DNA from: an uncultured Nitrospinaceae bacterium
Lineage (GTDB): Bacteria > UBA8248
Length of the DNA stretch: 64,000 nucleotides
Direction: 5' to 3'
Assembly (NCBI GenBank): GCA_964005815.1
Contig: CAXFSR010000013.1
Span: 23,722-87,721 of the forward strand
Of the stretch, positions 41,901 to 50,548 are shown piece after piece. Under the pieces are notes generated by a model that saw only the letters and a list, made by a program, of their open reading frames with translations, did not search any database and had not been told where the DNA came from. How positions within the stretch are numbered: the first letter of the stretch is position 1; each line of letters starts with the position of its first letter. Position numbers and translations under genes: made by a program.

Positions 41901-42170
41901 AGAACCATTCAATCCACTTAAGGTCATTGAAACTTCGGCCATCCCAAGAGATTTCCTTTCCGCACTACCGTTAAAAATCACATCATCCATTTTCTTTGCA
42001 CGCATGTTTGTTGGAGCCTGTTCTCCAAGAACCCACCTGATAGCATCCGACACATTACTTTTGCCACAACCATTTGGACCAACAACTGCAGTCATAGGAC
42101 CACTTAAATCGATCACTGTTTTATCAACAAAAGATTTAAAACCTTTCATCTCTATAGATTTTAACCGCAA
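38967..42170 (-). CDS. smc: Chromosome segregation protein SMC
   Basis: GFKSF, GPNGCGKSN, Q-loop, coiled coils, hinge, LLDEVDATLD and ITH motifs. Confidence 0.95.
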   Translation of the reverse strand: MRLKSIEMKGFKSFVDKTVIDLSGPMTAVVGPNGCGKSNVSDAIRWVLGEQAPTNMRAKKMDDVIFNGSAERKSLGMAEVSMTLSGLNGSITDLKYKDFEEIVVTRRLYRSGESEYLINKNFCRLKDITDLFLDTGVSLDTFSIVEQGRIEELVNSKPMDRRVLIEEAAGIMKYKNRRNEAMRKLELSMGNLTRMDDVMREKESRLNSLRRQARKAKYYKEYQEDIKDLDLCVSVLDFLKITNELRPAELDLEKLKENEQVVLSKISAVESDRERVRIELQQKSELISNTKQRIVQVDGKIIRLKEQKEIFSNRLRELATEKLKRENEGSTLEEEINRFENEKRLLIEEEDKFKNLVDKTRGEDSLFKEFITAVKENMDLSQYYDQKVEENLKEYFSQVKEVIDAQEKLKNEVSTYEEKCSRLKKVRTEYEMKNTELKDNILEKRTLLQAIQSTIDSSLKQRAGVNDFLDLGLTAMSLFSDSIVVEKRYEKAIESILKELLFSVVVDNPDDAFSAIKNFAKKGDIRALAISINSKEKTLPEIPRSEKVFGSAASLVSSKNEFKDCISQFLGGVAIVEDIDVAYSSWLTGPSNVTWVTLNGEIIYPNGSFECGSSKLDTTGVLERNRKCEELKLEIDNNETSLSESVANFHRISTQLQSAEDELRVGIENQRQLEIKLISIEERVHSKLRVALTEFSGKVLSIQSELNRLGESIEKSRLRKKNCLSDVEEINNKRKETQESIESFEEQSKDLEIENQRMIQSEIEQDKDLTDIQIQNENLGNQIRSLRNESDQISEKIANASETRTTLQVKKDAMVAQVLQKHGVSVHTKIDEFREELSSYREKTEKLDDLNNRFSKLGEVNHLAAQEYDEVNEEFSFLKEQREDLDQSILNLKDTIEKLNRTTKTKFLDAFEKVQKHFEDIFGRLFSGGEAKLFMLEPEKPLESGVDIEVKPPGKRPSNIMLLSAGEKALTAISLLFSVFSVRPSPFCLLDEVDATLDDANVIRFREVLGELEDRSQFIVITHNKKTMSFASQLYGITQREKGVSEVVSVQLNRKKNDNVEQSIRSN

Positions 42171-42203
42171 TTTTTACCTCAAAGGCGAAAAAATTATCAA
42201 ATG

Positions 42204-42920
42204 TCAGACTGCGTTGTTCTTTTTTAAACATGCCTTAGCAGCTTCTTGCTCAGCTGCTTTTTTTGATCTGCCTTCACCTCTTCCTAAAACTAGATTCCCT
42301 TGTAAAACTTCAACTGTAAAAACTTTAGAATGCTCTGGTCCAAATTCATTGATTATTTTATATTCCGGCGCCTTCTGTCCTGAACTCTGGAAAAATTCTT
42401 GCAATTTACTTTTATTATCATTTAAATCTTCTATAGATGCTGGAGGCAAATTTCCCAATAATTTTTTGTGTATCCAATTAGCACATTTCTTAAATCCTGC
42501 ATCTATAAAAATTGCACCAACGATTGCCTCAAAAGTCCCTGCTAAAATTGAGTTTTTAGTTTGTCCTCCAGTTTTTTTTTCTCCCTTTCCAAGCCTTATA
42601 AAAGGAGCAAAATTAATTAACTTTGCTACCTTCGCAAGAGCACGACCATTCACTAAAAGTGATCTTTGACGAGTTAATTGACCTTCTTGGTAATCTGGGT
42701 AGGAATTCCAAAGGAAATCTGTAACAACTAATTGAAGTACTGCATCACCTAAAAATTCTAATCGTTCATTGTCATCACCTGGGGGGATAATCTCTTGAGA
42801 GTATGACCGGTGTGTTAAAGATTGAATTAGAAGTTCTTTTTGAGAGAATTTGTGACCTATGCAAGCTTCTGCAGAAACTATGTCGAACTCGTCTGAACAC
42901 AGGGGAAGATGACCCTGCAA
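42204..42920 (-). CDS. rnc: Ribonuclease III (start uncertain; TTG at 42920 chosen over the fabF-overlapping 43025)
   Basis: LTHRSY, NERLEFLGDAVL, FEAIVGAIFID motifs and a dsRBD (KSKLQE...SKKAAEQEAA). Confidence 0.93.
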   Translation of the reverse strand: MQGHLPLCSDEFDIVSAEACIGHKFSQKELLIQSLTHRSYSQEIIPPGDDNERLEFLGDAVLQLVVTDFLWNSYPDYQEGQLTRQRSLLVNGRALAKVAKLINFAPFIRLGKGEKKTGGQTKNSILAGTFEAIVGAIFIDAGFKKCANWIHKKLLGNLPPASIEDLNDNKSKLQEFFQSSGQKAPEYKIINEFGPEHSKVFTVEVLQGNLVLGRGEGRSKKAAEQEAAKACLKKNNAV

Positions 42921-42957
42921 ATTTGGAACATTCTGACTTTTAATGGGTTGCTTCTTC

Positions 42958-44205
42958 TTACTCGACTTTTTTAAAGAGTAATGTTGCATTCGTCCCACCG
43001 AATCCAAAGGAATTTGTGAGTGCAATATTTACATTTGCCTTTCTGGGCGAATTAGCAACATAGTCAAGGTCACATTCAGCATCAGGTTTTTCATAATTAA
43101 TAGTTGGGGGTATACACTCTTTTGCTATTGCTAATACAGTATAAACTGATTCAACTCCTCCTGCGGCACCAAGCAAGTGACCTGTCATTGATTTAGTTGA
43201 ACTAACAGCTAACTGGCTTGCATGATCCCCAAAGGTATTCTTGATAGCTGCAGTTTCTAGTCTATCCCCTGTAGGAGTAGAAGTTCCATGTGCATTAATA
43301 TAGTCAACATCTTCGGGGGCAATGGTAGCATCGTCCAGTGCCATCTGCATACATCTCGACGCTCCGTAACCATCGGGGTCAGGAGATGTAATATGATAAG
43401 CATCCGAAGTCAGACCATATCCAACAAGTTCAGCGTAAATTTTCCCCCCTCTTGCAATCGCATGATCATAATTCTCAAGAATCAAAATTCCAGAACCCTC
43501 CCCCATTACAAAACCATCACGTTCAGAATCAAATGGTCTACTAGCTGATTCGGGGTCATCATTCCTACAACTAAGAGCCTTCATAGCACAAAAACCACCC
43601 ATACCGAGTTCTGTAATACATGACTCACTTCCACCGGTAACCATAACATCAGCTATTCCTCTCTGTATGCATTTCATGGAATCTCCTATAGCATGATTAC
43701 CAGAAGCACAAGCAGTAACAGTACAACTATTAGGACCCTTCAATCCCCAACGAATTGAAACTTGTCCAGCAGCTAAATTTGCCAGAAGTGTGGGAATAAA
43801 AAAAGGGCTCAATCGACCAGGCCCTTTTTCTTGGATTAATTCTTTATTTGCTTCTATAGAAGGAAGACCTCCTAAACCAACACCAATAATTGCTCCCCAT
43901 CTTTCAGATTCCTTATTCTCTGTACTTAGTTCTGAATCTTCAAATGCCATGGAGGTCGCAGCAATTACATACTGAATAAAAGTATCCATCTTTCTAGCTT
44001 CTTTTTTGCTAATATATTTTTCAGAATCAAAATCTTTTACTTCGCCACAAATTTTTGTAGGAAGACGGCTTGAATCAAATCTCGTCACAGGACCAATTCC
44101 TGATTTTCCCTCCATTAGAGCATTCCAATTCTCATCTATAGAGATCCCTAAGGGAGTTACTAATCCAAGACCAGTTACAACGACTCTAGGTGTATTCTCA
44201 GACAA
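42958..44205 (-). CDS. fabF: 3-oxoacyl-ACP synthase II
   Basis: TACASG, NAHGTST, KSMTGHLLGAAG and NSFGFGG motifs; exact start codon uncertain. Confidence 0.96.
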   Translation of the reverse strand: MSENTPRVVVTGLGLVTPLGISIDENWNALMEGKSGIGPVTRFDSSRLPTKICGEVKDFDSEKYISKKEARKMDTFIQYVIAATSMAFEDSELSTENKESERWGAIIGVGLGGLPSIEANKELIQEKGPGRLSPFFIPTLLANLAAGQVSIRWGLKGPNSCTVTACASGNHAIGDSMKCIQRGIADVMVTGGSESCITELGMGGFCAMKALSCRNDDPESASRPFDSERDGFVMGEGSGILILENYDHAIARGGKIYAELVGYGLTSDAYHITSPDPDGYGASRCMQMALDDATIAPEDVDYINAHGTSTPTGDRLETAAIKNTFGDHASQLAVSSTKSMTGHLLGAAGGVESVYTVLAIAKECIPPTINYEKPDAECDLDYVANSPRKANVNIALTNSFGFGGTNATLLFKKVE

Positions 44206-44243
44206 TTTAAAAACCTTAAATTAAATTTCATTCATAAAAACTA

Positions 44244-44480
44244 TTATTGTTTTGAAACTATGTAATCTATTGCACTCTGCACAGTTGTAATTTTTTCAGC
44301 ATCTTCGTCAGGGATTTCAAGATCAAATTTCTCTTCAAAAGCCATGACCAATTCAACCGTATCAAGAGAATCAGCATTTAAATCATCAATAAACTTCGCA
44401 TCTGAAACTACTTTCTCTCTATCTGCTTCTAACTGCTCAACAATAATATCTTTGACTTGCTCTTCTATACTATCTTGCAC
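44244..44480 (-). CDS. acpP: Acyl carrier protein
   Basis: [17 protein letters not shown] motif; GTG at 44480 after GGAGG. Confidence 0.96.
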   Translation of the reverse strand: MQDSIEEQVKDIIVEQLEADREKVVSDAKFIDDLNADSLDTVELVMAFEEKFDLEIPDEDAEKITTVQSAIDYIVSKQ

Positions 44481-44590
44481 TTTAAATCCTCCAGAAATCA
44501 AATTAAATATAGGAGTGAAAAAATGATAAATTTACAGGCGGAAAAACATTTTAAAACAATTTAAAAGAAAAATATAGAAGAAATCTTTAA

Positions 44591-45562
44591 TTATTCAAGA
44601 CCTTCTAATTCTAATAAAGTACTTTCTAAACTTTCTTTATCTTCAACGTTAAAAACAGGTAATCCCTTGAGGATTCTTTTATTCAATCCTGACAAAACTT
44701 TTCCGGGACCTACTTCAATAACGGCTGAAATGTTTTGACCTGCTAATGAACTAACTGAACTCTCCCACCTAACAGAAACGCGCATTTGTTTCATCAATAG
44801 TTCTTTTATTTCTGAAGCTTCACTGACAAGGTTTCCTGTCACATTAGCACAAAGAGGTATAGTTGATGACCTAAACTCTGTTGATTCTAAAACACGAGAC
44901 ATTTTCTCAGATGCTTCAACAAGCAATGAACAGTGAAAAGGTGCTCCAACAGGAAGCATGACCGCCTTTTTAAAACCAGCCTCACGGGCAACAAAACTAG
45001 CCTGTTCTACAGATTTTCTCTCACCAGAAAGAACATACTGGCCTGGAGCATTATAATTAGCGATCTCTAAAACACCCTCAATATCATTACATATTTTTTC
45101 AGCTTCTTCTAATTTACCTCCCAGCAACGCTAGCATTGCGCCACCATCTGATGGGACTACTTCATGCATTAAGCGACCCCGTTCTTTAACCAACAAAAGA
45201 GCGGTAGAAAAATCAAAAACTCCCCCCGCAATCAAAGAGGTATATTCTCCAAGACTATGCCCGAGAGCAAAATGGGGAGAAAGTCCTTCATTTTCCAAAA
45301 GCCTCATACCTATAAAACTATGAACCAAAATTGCAGGCTGTGTGTAATTCGTTTGAGTAAGTTTTTCTGCAGGACCTTCAAAACTCAACTTAGCAATATC
45401 AAAACCAAGAATATCATTCGCCTCATTATAGACGTCTCTTGCAATTTGAAAATTCTCATAAAAGGAACTACCCATACCGACATATTGAGAACCTTGGCCA
45501 GGAAACAAAAAAGCTATTTTTCTTAATTTTCCCCTGCCGGATAAAATCTTTTCTTCATTCAT
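44591..45562 (-). CDS. fabD: Malonyl-CoA:ACP transacylase
   Basis: FPGQGSQ, GHSLGE and APFHC motifs; start approximate. Confidence 0.96.
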   Translation of the reverse strand: MNEEKILSGRGKLRKIAFLFPGQGSQYVGMGSSFYENFQIARDVYNEANDILGFDIAKLSFEGPAEKLTQTNYTQPAILVHSFIGMRLLENEGLSPHFALGHSLGEYTSLIAGGVFDFSTALLLVKERGRLMHEVVPSDGGAMLALLGGKLEEAEKICNDIEGVLEIANYNAPGQYVLSGERKSVEQASFVAREAGFKKAVMLPVGAPFHCSLLVEASEKMSRVLESTEFRSSTIPLCANVTGNLVSEASEIKELLMKQMRVSVRWESSVSSLAGQNISAVIEVGPGKVLSGLNKRILKGLPVFNVEDKESLESTLLELEGLE

Positions 45563-45593
45563 AAGATATCTTCTCAATTAATGAACTTCACAA

Positions 45594-46574
45594 TTACCAC
45601 TTCAATAAAGATGCACCCCAAGTTAAACCACCACCAAAAGCAGCTAAAAGAACATTATCCCCTTTTTTTATTCTTTCCTTTTTCACCTGCTCATCTAAAG
45701 CAACTGGAACTGTAGCAGCGGACATGTTTGCATATTTGTTTATCGTTACAACAACTTGTTTCATGGGTAATTTTAATCTTTTTGCAATTGCTTCAATAAT
45801 CCTTATATTAGCCTGATGTGGAATAAAAAGATCAAGATCACCTAGAGACATTCCATTTTTCTCTAGAATCTCCACTGAGACATCAGAGAAATTTTTCACA
45901 GCAGTTTTAAAAACTCCTTGACCGTTCATTTTCAAAAGATGTGCATTAGTTTTAATATCTTCTTCTGAGATAGGAGACAATTTAGAACCTCCGCCAACGA
46001 TAAGGATTAATTCACCTTCACGACCATCACTATATGTAATCGAATCTATGATCCCAGATTCGTCATCAGATTGTCCAACAACAACTGCACCGGCACCATC
46101 TCCCCATAAGATACAATTTCCCCGATCTGTCCAATCAGCAACCCTTGTCATTATATCAGCGCCAACTAACAAAACATTTTTAGCTAACCCCGATCTCAAA
46201 TATGCATCAGCGCATTGCAGACCATAAACAAATCCAGAACAAGCAGCATTAAGATCAAAAGCAGGAGAATTTCCGATATTAAGATTAGCTTGCAACCAAC
46301 AAGCCGCTGAGGGACACACAGAATCCGGAGTAATGGTCGAAAAAATAACAAGATCGATATCACTTGCATGTAATCCTGCAGCTTTGATAGCATTTTCAGA
46401 AGCAGGCAAAGCCAATTCAGATACTCCGACCCCTTTTGGGGCAATTCTTCTTTCCGAAATACCTGTACGCTCAAGGATCCATTCATCAGTTGTATCAACA
46501 ATTTTTTCAATTTGTTTATTCGTTAAAACTTCTTCTGGAACGTAAGAACCAGTTCCAAGTATTTTTGATCTCAA
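45594..46574 (-). CDS. fabH: 3-oxoacyl-ACP synthase III
   Basis: AACSGF, PHQAN, ANMSAA and FGGGLTWG motifs. Confidence 0.96.
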   Translation of the reverse strand: MRSKILGTGSYVPEEVLTNKQIEKIVDTTDEWILERTGISERRIAPKGVGVSELALPASENAIKAAGLHASDIDLVIFSTITPDSVCPSAACWLQANLNIGNSPAFDLNAACSGFVYGLQCADAYLRSGLAKNVLLVGADIMTRVADWTDRGNCILWGDGAGAVVVGQSDDESGIIDSITYSDGREGELILIVGGGSKLSPISEEDIKTNAHLLKMNGQGVFKTAVKNFSDVSVEILEKNGMSLGDLDLFIPHQANIRIIEAIAKRLKLPMKQVVVTINKYANMSAATVPVALDEQVKKERIKKGDNVLLAAFGGGLTWGASLLKW

Positions 46575-46636
46575 AATAGATTGACCAATCTGGTGGGCAA
46601 AATTAAAAAATGAATGGGCGAAATTAACTTAAACAA

Positions 46637-47728
46637 TCATACATCTTTTTTATCTGACTCATCTCCAGAAAAAATCCCACCCTTAATTTGGTTCCAAAGA
46701 CGCCAGCCTACATCAGAAGAACTAGAACTATAAATACTAGCATATTTCGAAATATTATCTTGCAATTTAGAACTTAAATCTTTTTTTACAAGCTCATGGG
46801 TTGTTCTTATAGCATTTTTTATAGTCTTAGCATTACTCCTACCATGACCTATAGTACATATACCATTAAGACCAAGCAACGGAGCAGCGCCATATTCAGA
46901 ATAATCCGTCTTTCTGCGCATGGCATTAATACCTTCGCGAAGGAATAAATATCCTATCTTTCCCTTTACAGAACCGCTAAATTCGTTTCTCAAAAGAGTA
47001 GAAATCATACTACTAACACTTTCACTAACTTTCAACGCAACATTACCTGAAAAACCATCAGAAACAACGACATCCGAAGTTCCTTGAAAAATAGAACTAC
47101 CTTCAATATTACCAATAAAATTTAAATCAGTTTTTGAAAACAATTCATGAGAATTAATTAGTGCTTCTGTTCCTTTAGAATCTTCACTTCCAACATTAAG
47201 TAACCCTAAAGTTGGATTTACCTTCCCAAAAAGAACTTCAGAATAAATCGAGCCCATAATTCCGAATTGGAAAATATGTTGCGCTCTTGGATTTAAATTA
47301 GCACCAACGTCAACCATTACTGTAAAACCTTTTAATGTTGGAACAACTGCGGCTATTGCAGGACGTTGAACATCTCTCATTTTTTTTAAAACAAAAAGAG
47401 CAGCAGCAAACGTTCCTCCTGTATCGCCTGCGGTAAATGCTGCAGATGCTTCTGATTTTTTTACTAATTCCAATGCAACCCTTATAGAAGAGTCTTGCTT
47501 GCTTCTTGCTGACTTCGTAGGAGATTCCCCCATTTGAACAACCTGCTTTGCTTCACGAATTTCAAAATCAACATCAGAAATCCCAAGCCTTCTTATTTCA
47601 CTTTGTATTCTATCAGGAATTCCAACCAAAATAGTTTCTATATTAAATTCTTTTAAAGCAAGGTAAGCACCTTCTACAACTTCTCTAGGAGCACTGTCAC
47701 CACCCATCGCGTCAACTGCTATTTTCAT
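46637..47728 (-). CDS. plsX: Phosphate acyltransferase PlsX
   Basis: IAVDAMGGD, DGFSGNVALK and GHGRS motifs. Confidence 0.96.
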   Translation of the reverse strand: MKIAVDAMGGDSAPREVVEGAYLALKEFNIETILVGIPDRIQSEIRRLGISDVDFEIREAKQVVQMGESPTKSARSKQDSSIRVALELVKKSEASAAFTAGDTGGTFAAALFVLKKMRDVQRPAIAAVVPTLKGFTVMVDVGANLNPRAQHIFQFGIMGSIYSEVLFGKVNPTLGLLNVGSEDSKGTEALINSHELFSKTDLNFIGNIEGSSIFQGTSDVVVSDGFSGNVALKVSESVSSMISTLLRNEFSGSVKGKIGYLFLREGINAMRRKTDYSEYGAAPLLGLNGICTIGHGRSNAKTIKNAIRTTHELVKKDLSSKLQDNISKYASIYSSSSSDVGWRLWNQIKGGIFSGDESDKKDV

Positions 47729-47748
47729 ATGGACCTACATTCTTTAAA

Positions 47749-47931
47749 TTAGACACTAGATACATCTATAATTTTTTTCCCACGGTAAAATCCACAAACA
47801 GTACAAACCCTATGGGGAAGTACAGAGGCATTGCAGTTTGTGCAAATAGAAACGGCAGGATTATTAACCTTATAATGGGTTCTTCTTTTACGACCCCTTG
47901 TCTGAGAATGCCTTCGTTTTGGTAACGCCAT
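47749..47931 (-). CDS. rpmF: 50S ribosomal protein L32 (Zn-ribbon form)
   Basis: MALPKRRHS..RR, CxxC..PHRVCxxCGFY. Confidence 0.97.
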   Translation of the reverse strand: MALPKRRHSQTRGRKRRTHYKVNNPAVSICTNCNASVLPHRVCTVCGFYRGKKIIDVSSV

Positions 47932-47987
47932 TTTTCATATCTCCTAACTTACATAACAAAAAATTAATAAACCAAAAGACTAAAATA

Positions 47988-48524
47988 TCATTTTTTTAAT
48001 TTAAAATCTTTTAGAACAGACCATCTATTATCAATACTATGAGAATCTTCATTGTCAACTGAAAAAGATGAAGGTTTGGTTAAATTTTTACAAGCCTCCC
48101 CACACCGCGGCTGAACGGGAATAGAAAGCAATAAATGATCTCTAATAGATGGAAATAAATCAATTCCCTCTGAAGTTATATCAGAAACTTCTAAATCTCT
48201 AGAAACAAGCTCAAATTCATCTCCTTTAATACCCTCGTCCTGTAAGGGAGACAAGAAAAATACACGAAAACTCTCCTCCAAACAAAGTTGAAAAAGTTCA
48301 AGACAAAATGAGCAATTAAGCTTACAGAAACCACTTAATTTAGCCTCAAAAATATACTCGGAACTGTTTATTCGAATGATCTTCCCATAAAGATTAATAT
48401 CTATGAATTCGAGAGAAGCATCATCTTCAAGAGAGATCATTGAAACATCCAATTTCGAATCAATTCTGAATCCCTCTTCTCTTATTTCTTCAGGAGAAAT
48501 AATAAACTCCGAACGATTTTTCAT
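47988..48524 (-). CDS. yceD: YceD/DUF177 family protein
   Basis: CSFCLE, LLSIP..RC and DNRWSVLK motifs; directly upstream of rpmF. Confidence 0.85.
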   Translation of the reverse strand: MKNRSEFIISPEEIREEGFRIDSKLDVSMISLEDDASLEFIDINLYGKIIRINSSEYIFEAKLSGFCKLNCSFCLELFQLCLEESFRVFFLSPLQDEGIKGDEFELVSRDLEVSDITSEGIDLFPSIRDHLLLSIPVQPRCGEACKNLTKPSSFSVDNEDSHSIDNRWSVLKDFKLKK

Positions 48525-48558
48525 AAGAAACCTCGAAAATACGCGTAATAAATAATCA

Positions 48559-48587
48559 AATGTATTGACGATGTTTTAGTGTGTCAA
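48559..48587 (-). promoter_or_regulatory. Sigma70-type promoter for the yceD-rpmF-plsX-fab operon
   Basis: Minus strand TTGACA (48587-48582), 17-nt spacer, TACATT (48564-48559), 35 nt upstream of yceD. Confidence 0.65.
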
Positions 48588-48658
48588 GTAAGAAAAAAGG
48601 CTAAAGACAACATAAATTCGGGACGCCTAAATTAATGAATCTTTATATAAATCCATAA

Positions 48659-49171
48659 TCAAACAGAATTTTTAAATCTATCCTTCAGTTTCGAGTAACC
48701 TATAGGAGTATGACTAAAACGTAGAATTTCATCCTCTTTTAAATGTCGAACATATTTTGCAGGAACACCCATCCATAAAGTCCCTGATTCTATTACTTTA
48801 TACTCTGGCACAACTGAACCTGCTCCTATAACAGAACCTTCTCCAACTTCAACTCCGTTGAGAACTGTTGCGCCCATAGCAACTAGAGCACCGTCTTTCA
48901 CATCACACCCATGAACAATTGCATTATGGCCAATTGAAACGTTATCACCCAAAATACAAGAATGTTTTTCTGTTTCTATATGCAAGATTGAACCATCTTG
49001 TATGTTCGTATTTTTCCCTACCCTAATTGGCATGTTGTCACCCCGAAGAACACAATTATACCAAACACTACTGTTTTCACCTATTTCAACATCACCTATA
49101 ACCACTGCCGTTTCTGCTAGCCAAGCAGTAGGATGAATTTTAGGAACTTTTCCCTCAAATGGTATAATCAT
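48659..49171 (-). CDS. Gamma carbonic anhydrase family protein (YrdA/PaaY-like)
   Basis: VLRGD, NIQDGSILH and IGHNAIVHGC motifs; ATG at 49171 after GGAGG. Confidence 0.9.
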   Translation of the reverse strand: MIIPFEGKVPKIHPTAWLAETAVVIGDVEIGENSSVWYNCVLRGDNMPIRVGKNTNIQDGSILHIETEKHSCILGDNVSIGHNAIVHGCDVKDGALVAMGATVLNGVEVGEGSVIGAGSVVPEYKVIESGTLWMGVPAKYVRHLKEDEILRFSHTPIGYSKLKDRFKNSV

Positions 49172-49213
49172 TACTTCGCTAACCTCCAAAAGTATTTTAC
49201 TTTCAAAAATTGA

Positions 49214-50491
49214 TCAAAATGGATGAGGAGCATTTACTCCTAACAAAGAACGTCTTACTAAATCCATAGCAAACATAGGAACACGAGATTGAACAAATTG
49301 TTCATTACCACCAAAACTTGACTCAAAAAAATTACTTTTATCTTCACGATCATTAAGAACAATATGTGTTGGTCCAAGTGCTGGAGTACGTCTGCTCATT
49401 TCTGGTTCAATATTTTCAGGTGGATTTGGCCCAAAAATTGCTAACCCAAGATCGGAATTAGAGTTTTCTCTAATCTTTCTAGCAAAACTTTCTGCCAAGT
49501 TTGCATCTTCTATATCAGCGGGTATAGGAAAATCTAAAATTTCCCCGACCTCTTCAGGATTAAACCCAACCACTCCTCTTTTAAGAAAACTTACTCTCTG
49601 AGGCCAAGCACCTAATCTTTGAATAACTGAGCCTCCTGAATTTGTTTCTATAATTGACAGAGTTTTGTTTTTTTCGACTAACAGTTTAGATAGAACTTCA
49701 TCAAGTGTAATTTCTCCTATCCCATATATAGAATCGCCCAAAATAGCATTTATCTCTTTTTCCATTTCATCTATCATTGTTTCCGCCTCAGAAATAGATT
49801 TTGCTCTAGCTGTAATACGCACATCAACCTGCCCAGGATGTGCTAAAACTCCAATACTTGGATTCACTGAATTTCTAAAAAGTTCCCCAATCATCTGATC
49901 GACTCTACTTTCTCCCAATCCACACGTTTTAAGTACACGTGTTCGAATAACATCCTCAAGATCAAATTTTTCTTGAATTATTGGAATTGCCCTTTCACCA
50001 ATAATATATCGCATTTCATGAGGAACCCCAGGACTAACAAGAATAATTCCTTTTTCATCTTCACAGTAAAAACAAGGCGCTGTTCCTCTTGGATTTTCAA
50101 TAGGAATTGCACCTTTAGGAATGAAGGCTTGCTTTCGATTATTATCAGTCATTTTAAATCCACGACGAACAAAATAAGCACTAATATAATCATACAAATC
50201 TTGTCTAAATTCTAGTTCTACACCCATCACTTTTGCTACAGCTTCACGGGTCAAATCATCAACTGTAGGACCCAGACCACCAGAAGTAATTACAACTTGA
50301 CTCCTATCGTGAGATTGACCGATAGTTGAAGCCATACGATCAAGATTGTCTCCTATAATCGTCTTGTAAAACATATTTACGCCAATGGATTTGAGTTGTT
50401 GTGCAATGAAGGCGCTATTTGTATCTATTAAATCACCAAGTAACATCTCCGTTCCTACCGCAACAATCTCCCCACGTATGACCTGTCCCAT
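49214..50491 (-). CDS. cinA: CinA family protein (COG1058 pyrophosphatase domain plus degenerate PncC-like domain)
   Basis: VGTEMLLG..DTN, GGLGPTVDDLTRE, GTAP and PGVPHEM motifs; C-terminal ETNSGG in place of ESCTGG. Confidence 0.88.
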   Translation of the reverse strand: MGQVIRGEIVAVGTEMLLGDLIDTNSAFIAQQLKSIGVNMFYKTIIGDNLDRMASTIGQSHDRSQVVITSGGLGPTVDDLTREAVAKVMGVELEFRQDLYDYISAYFVRRGFKMTDNNRKQAFIPKGAIPIENPRGTAPCFYCEDEKGIILVSPGVPHEMRYIIGERAIPIIQEKFDLEDVIRTRVLKTCGLGESRVDQMIGELFRNSVNPSIGVLAHPGQVDVRITARAKSISEAETMIDEMEKEINAILGDSIYGIGEITLDEVLSKLLVEKNKTLSIIETNSGGSVIQRLGAWPQRVSFLKRGVVGFNPEEVGEILDFPIPADIEDANLAESFARKIRENSNSDLGLAIFGPNPPENIEPEMSRRTPALGPTHIVLNDREDKSNFFESSFGGNEQFVQSRVPMFAMDLVRRSLLGVNAPHPF

Positions 50492-50548
50492 TTTTTTCCC
50501 TTTTTCAGAACATTTTTTTAAAAATTGAAACCAATTGTTATGTACAAC

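Noticed and set aside
41701..42669. 322-aa plus-strand ORF
   Set aside because: Antisense shadow of smc and rnc with no recognisable motifs.
42921..43025. N-terminal extension of RNase III overlapping fabF
   Set aside because: Non-homologous sequence; the downstream TTG gives a normal-length RNase III. No evidence for recoding.
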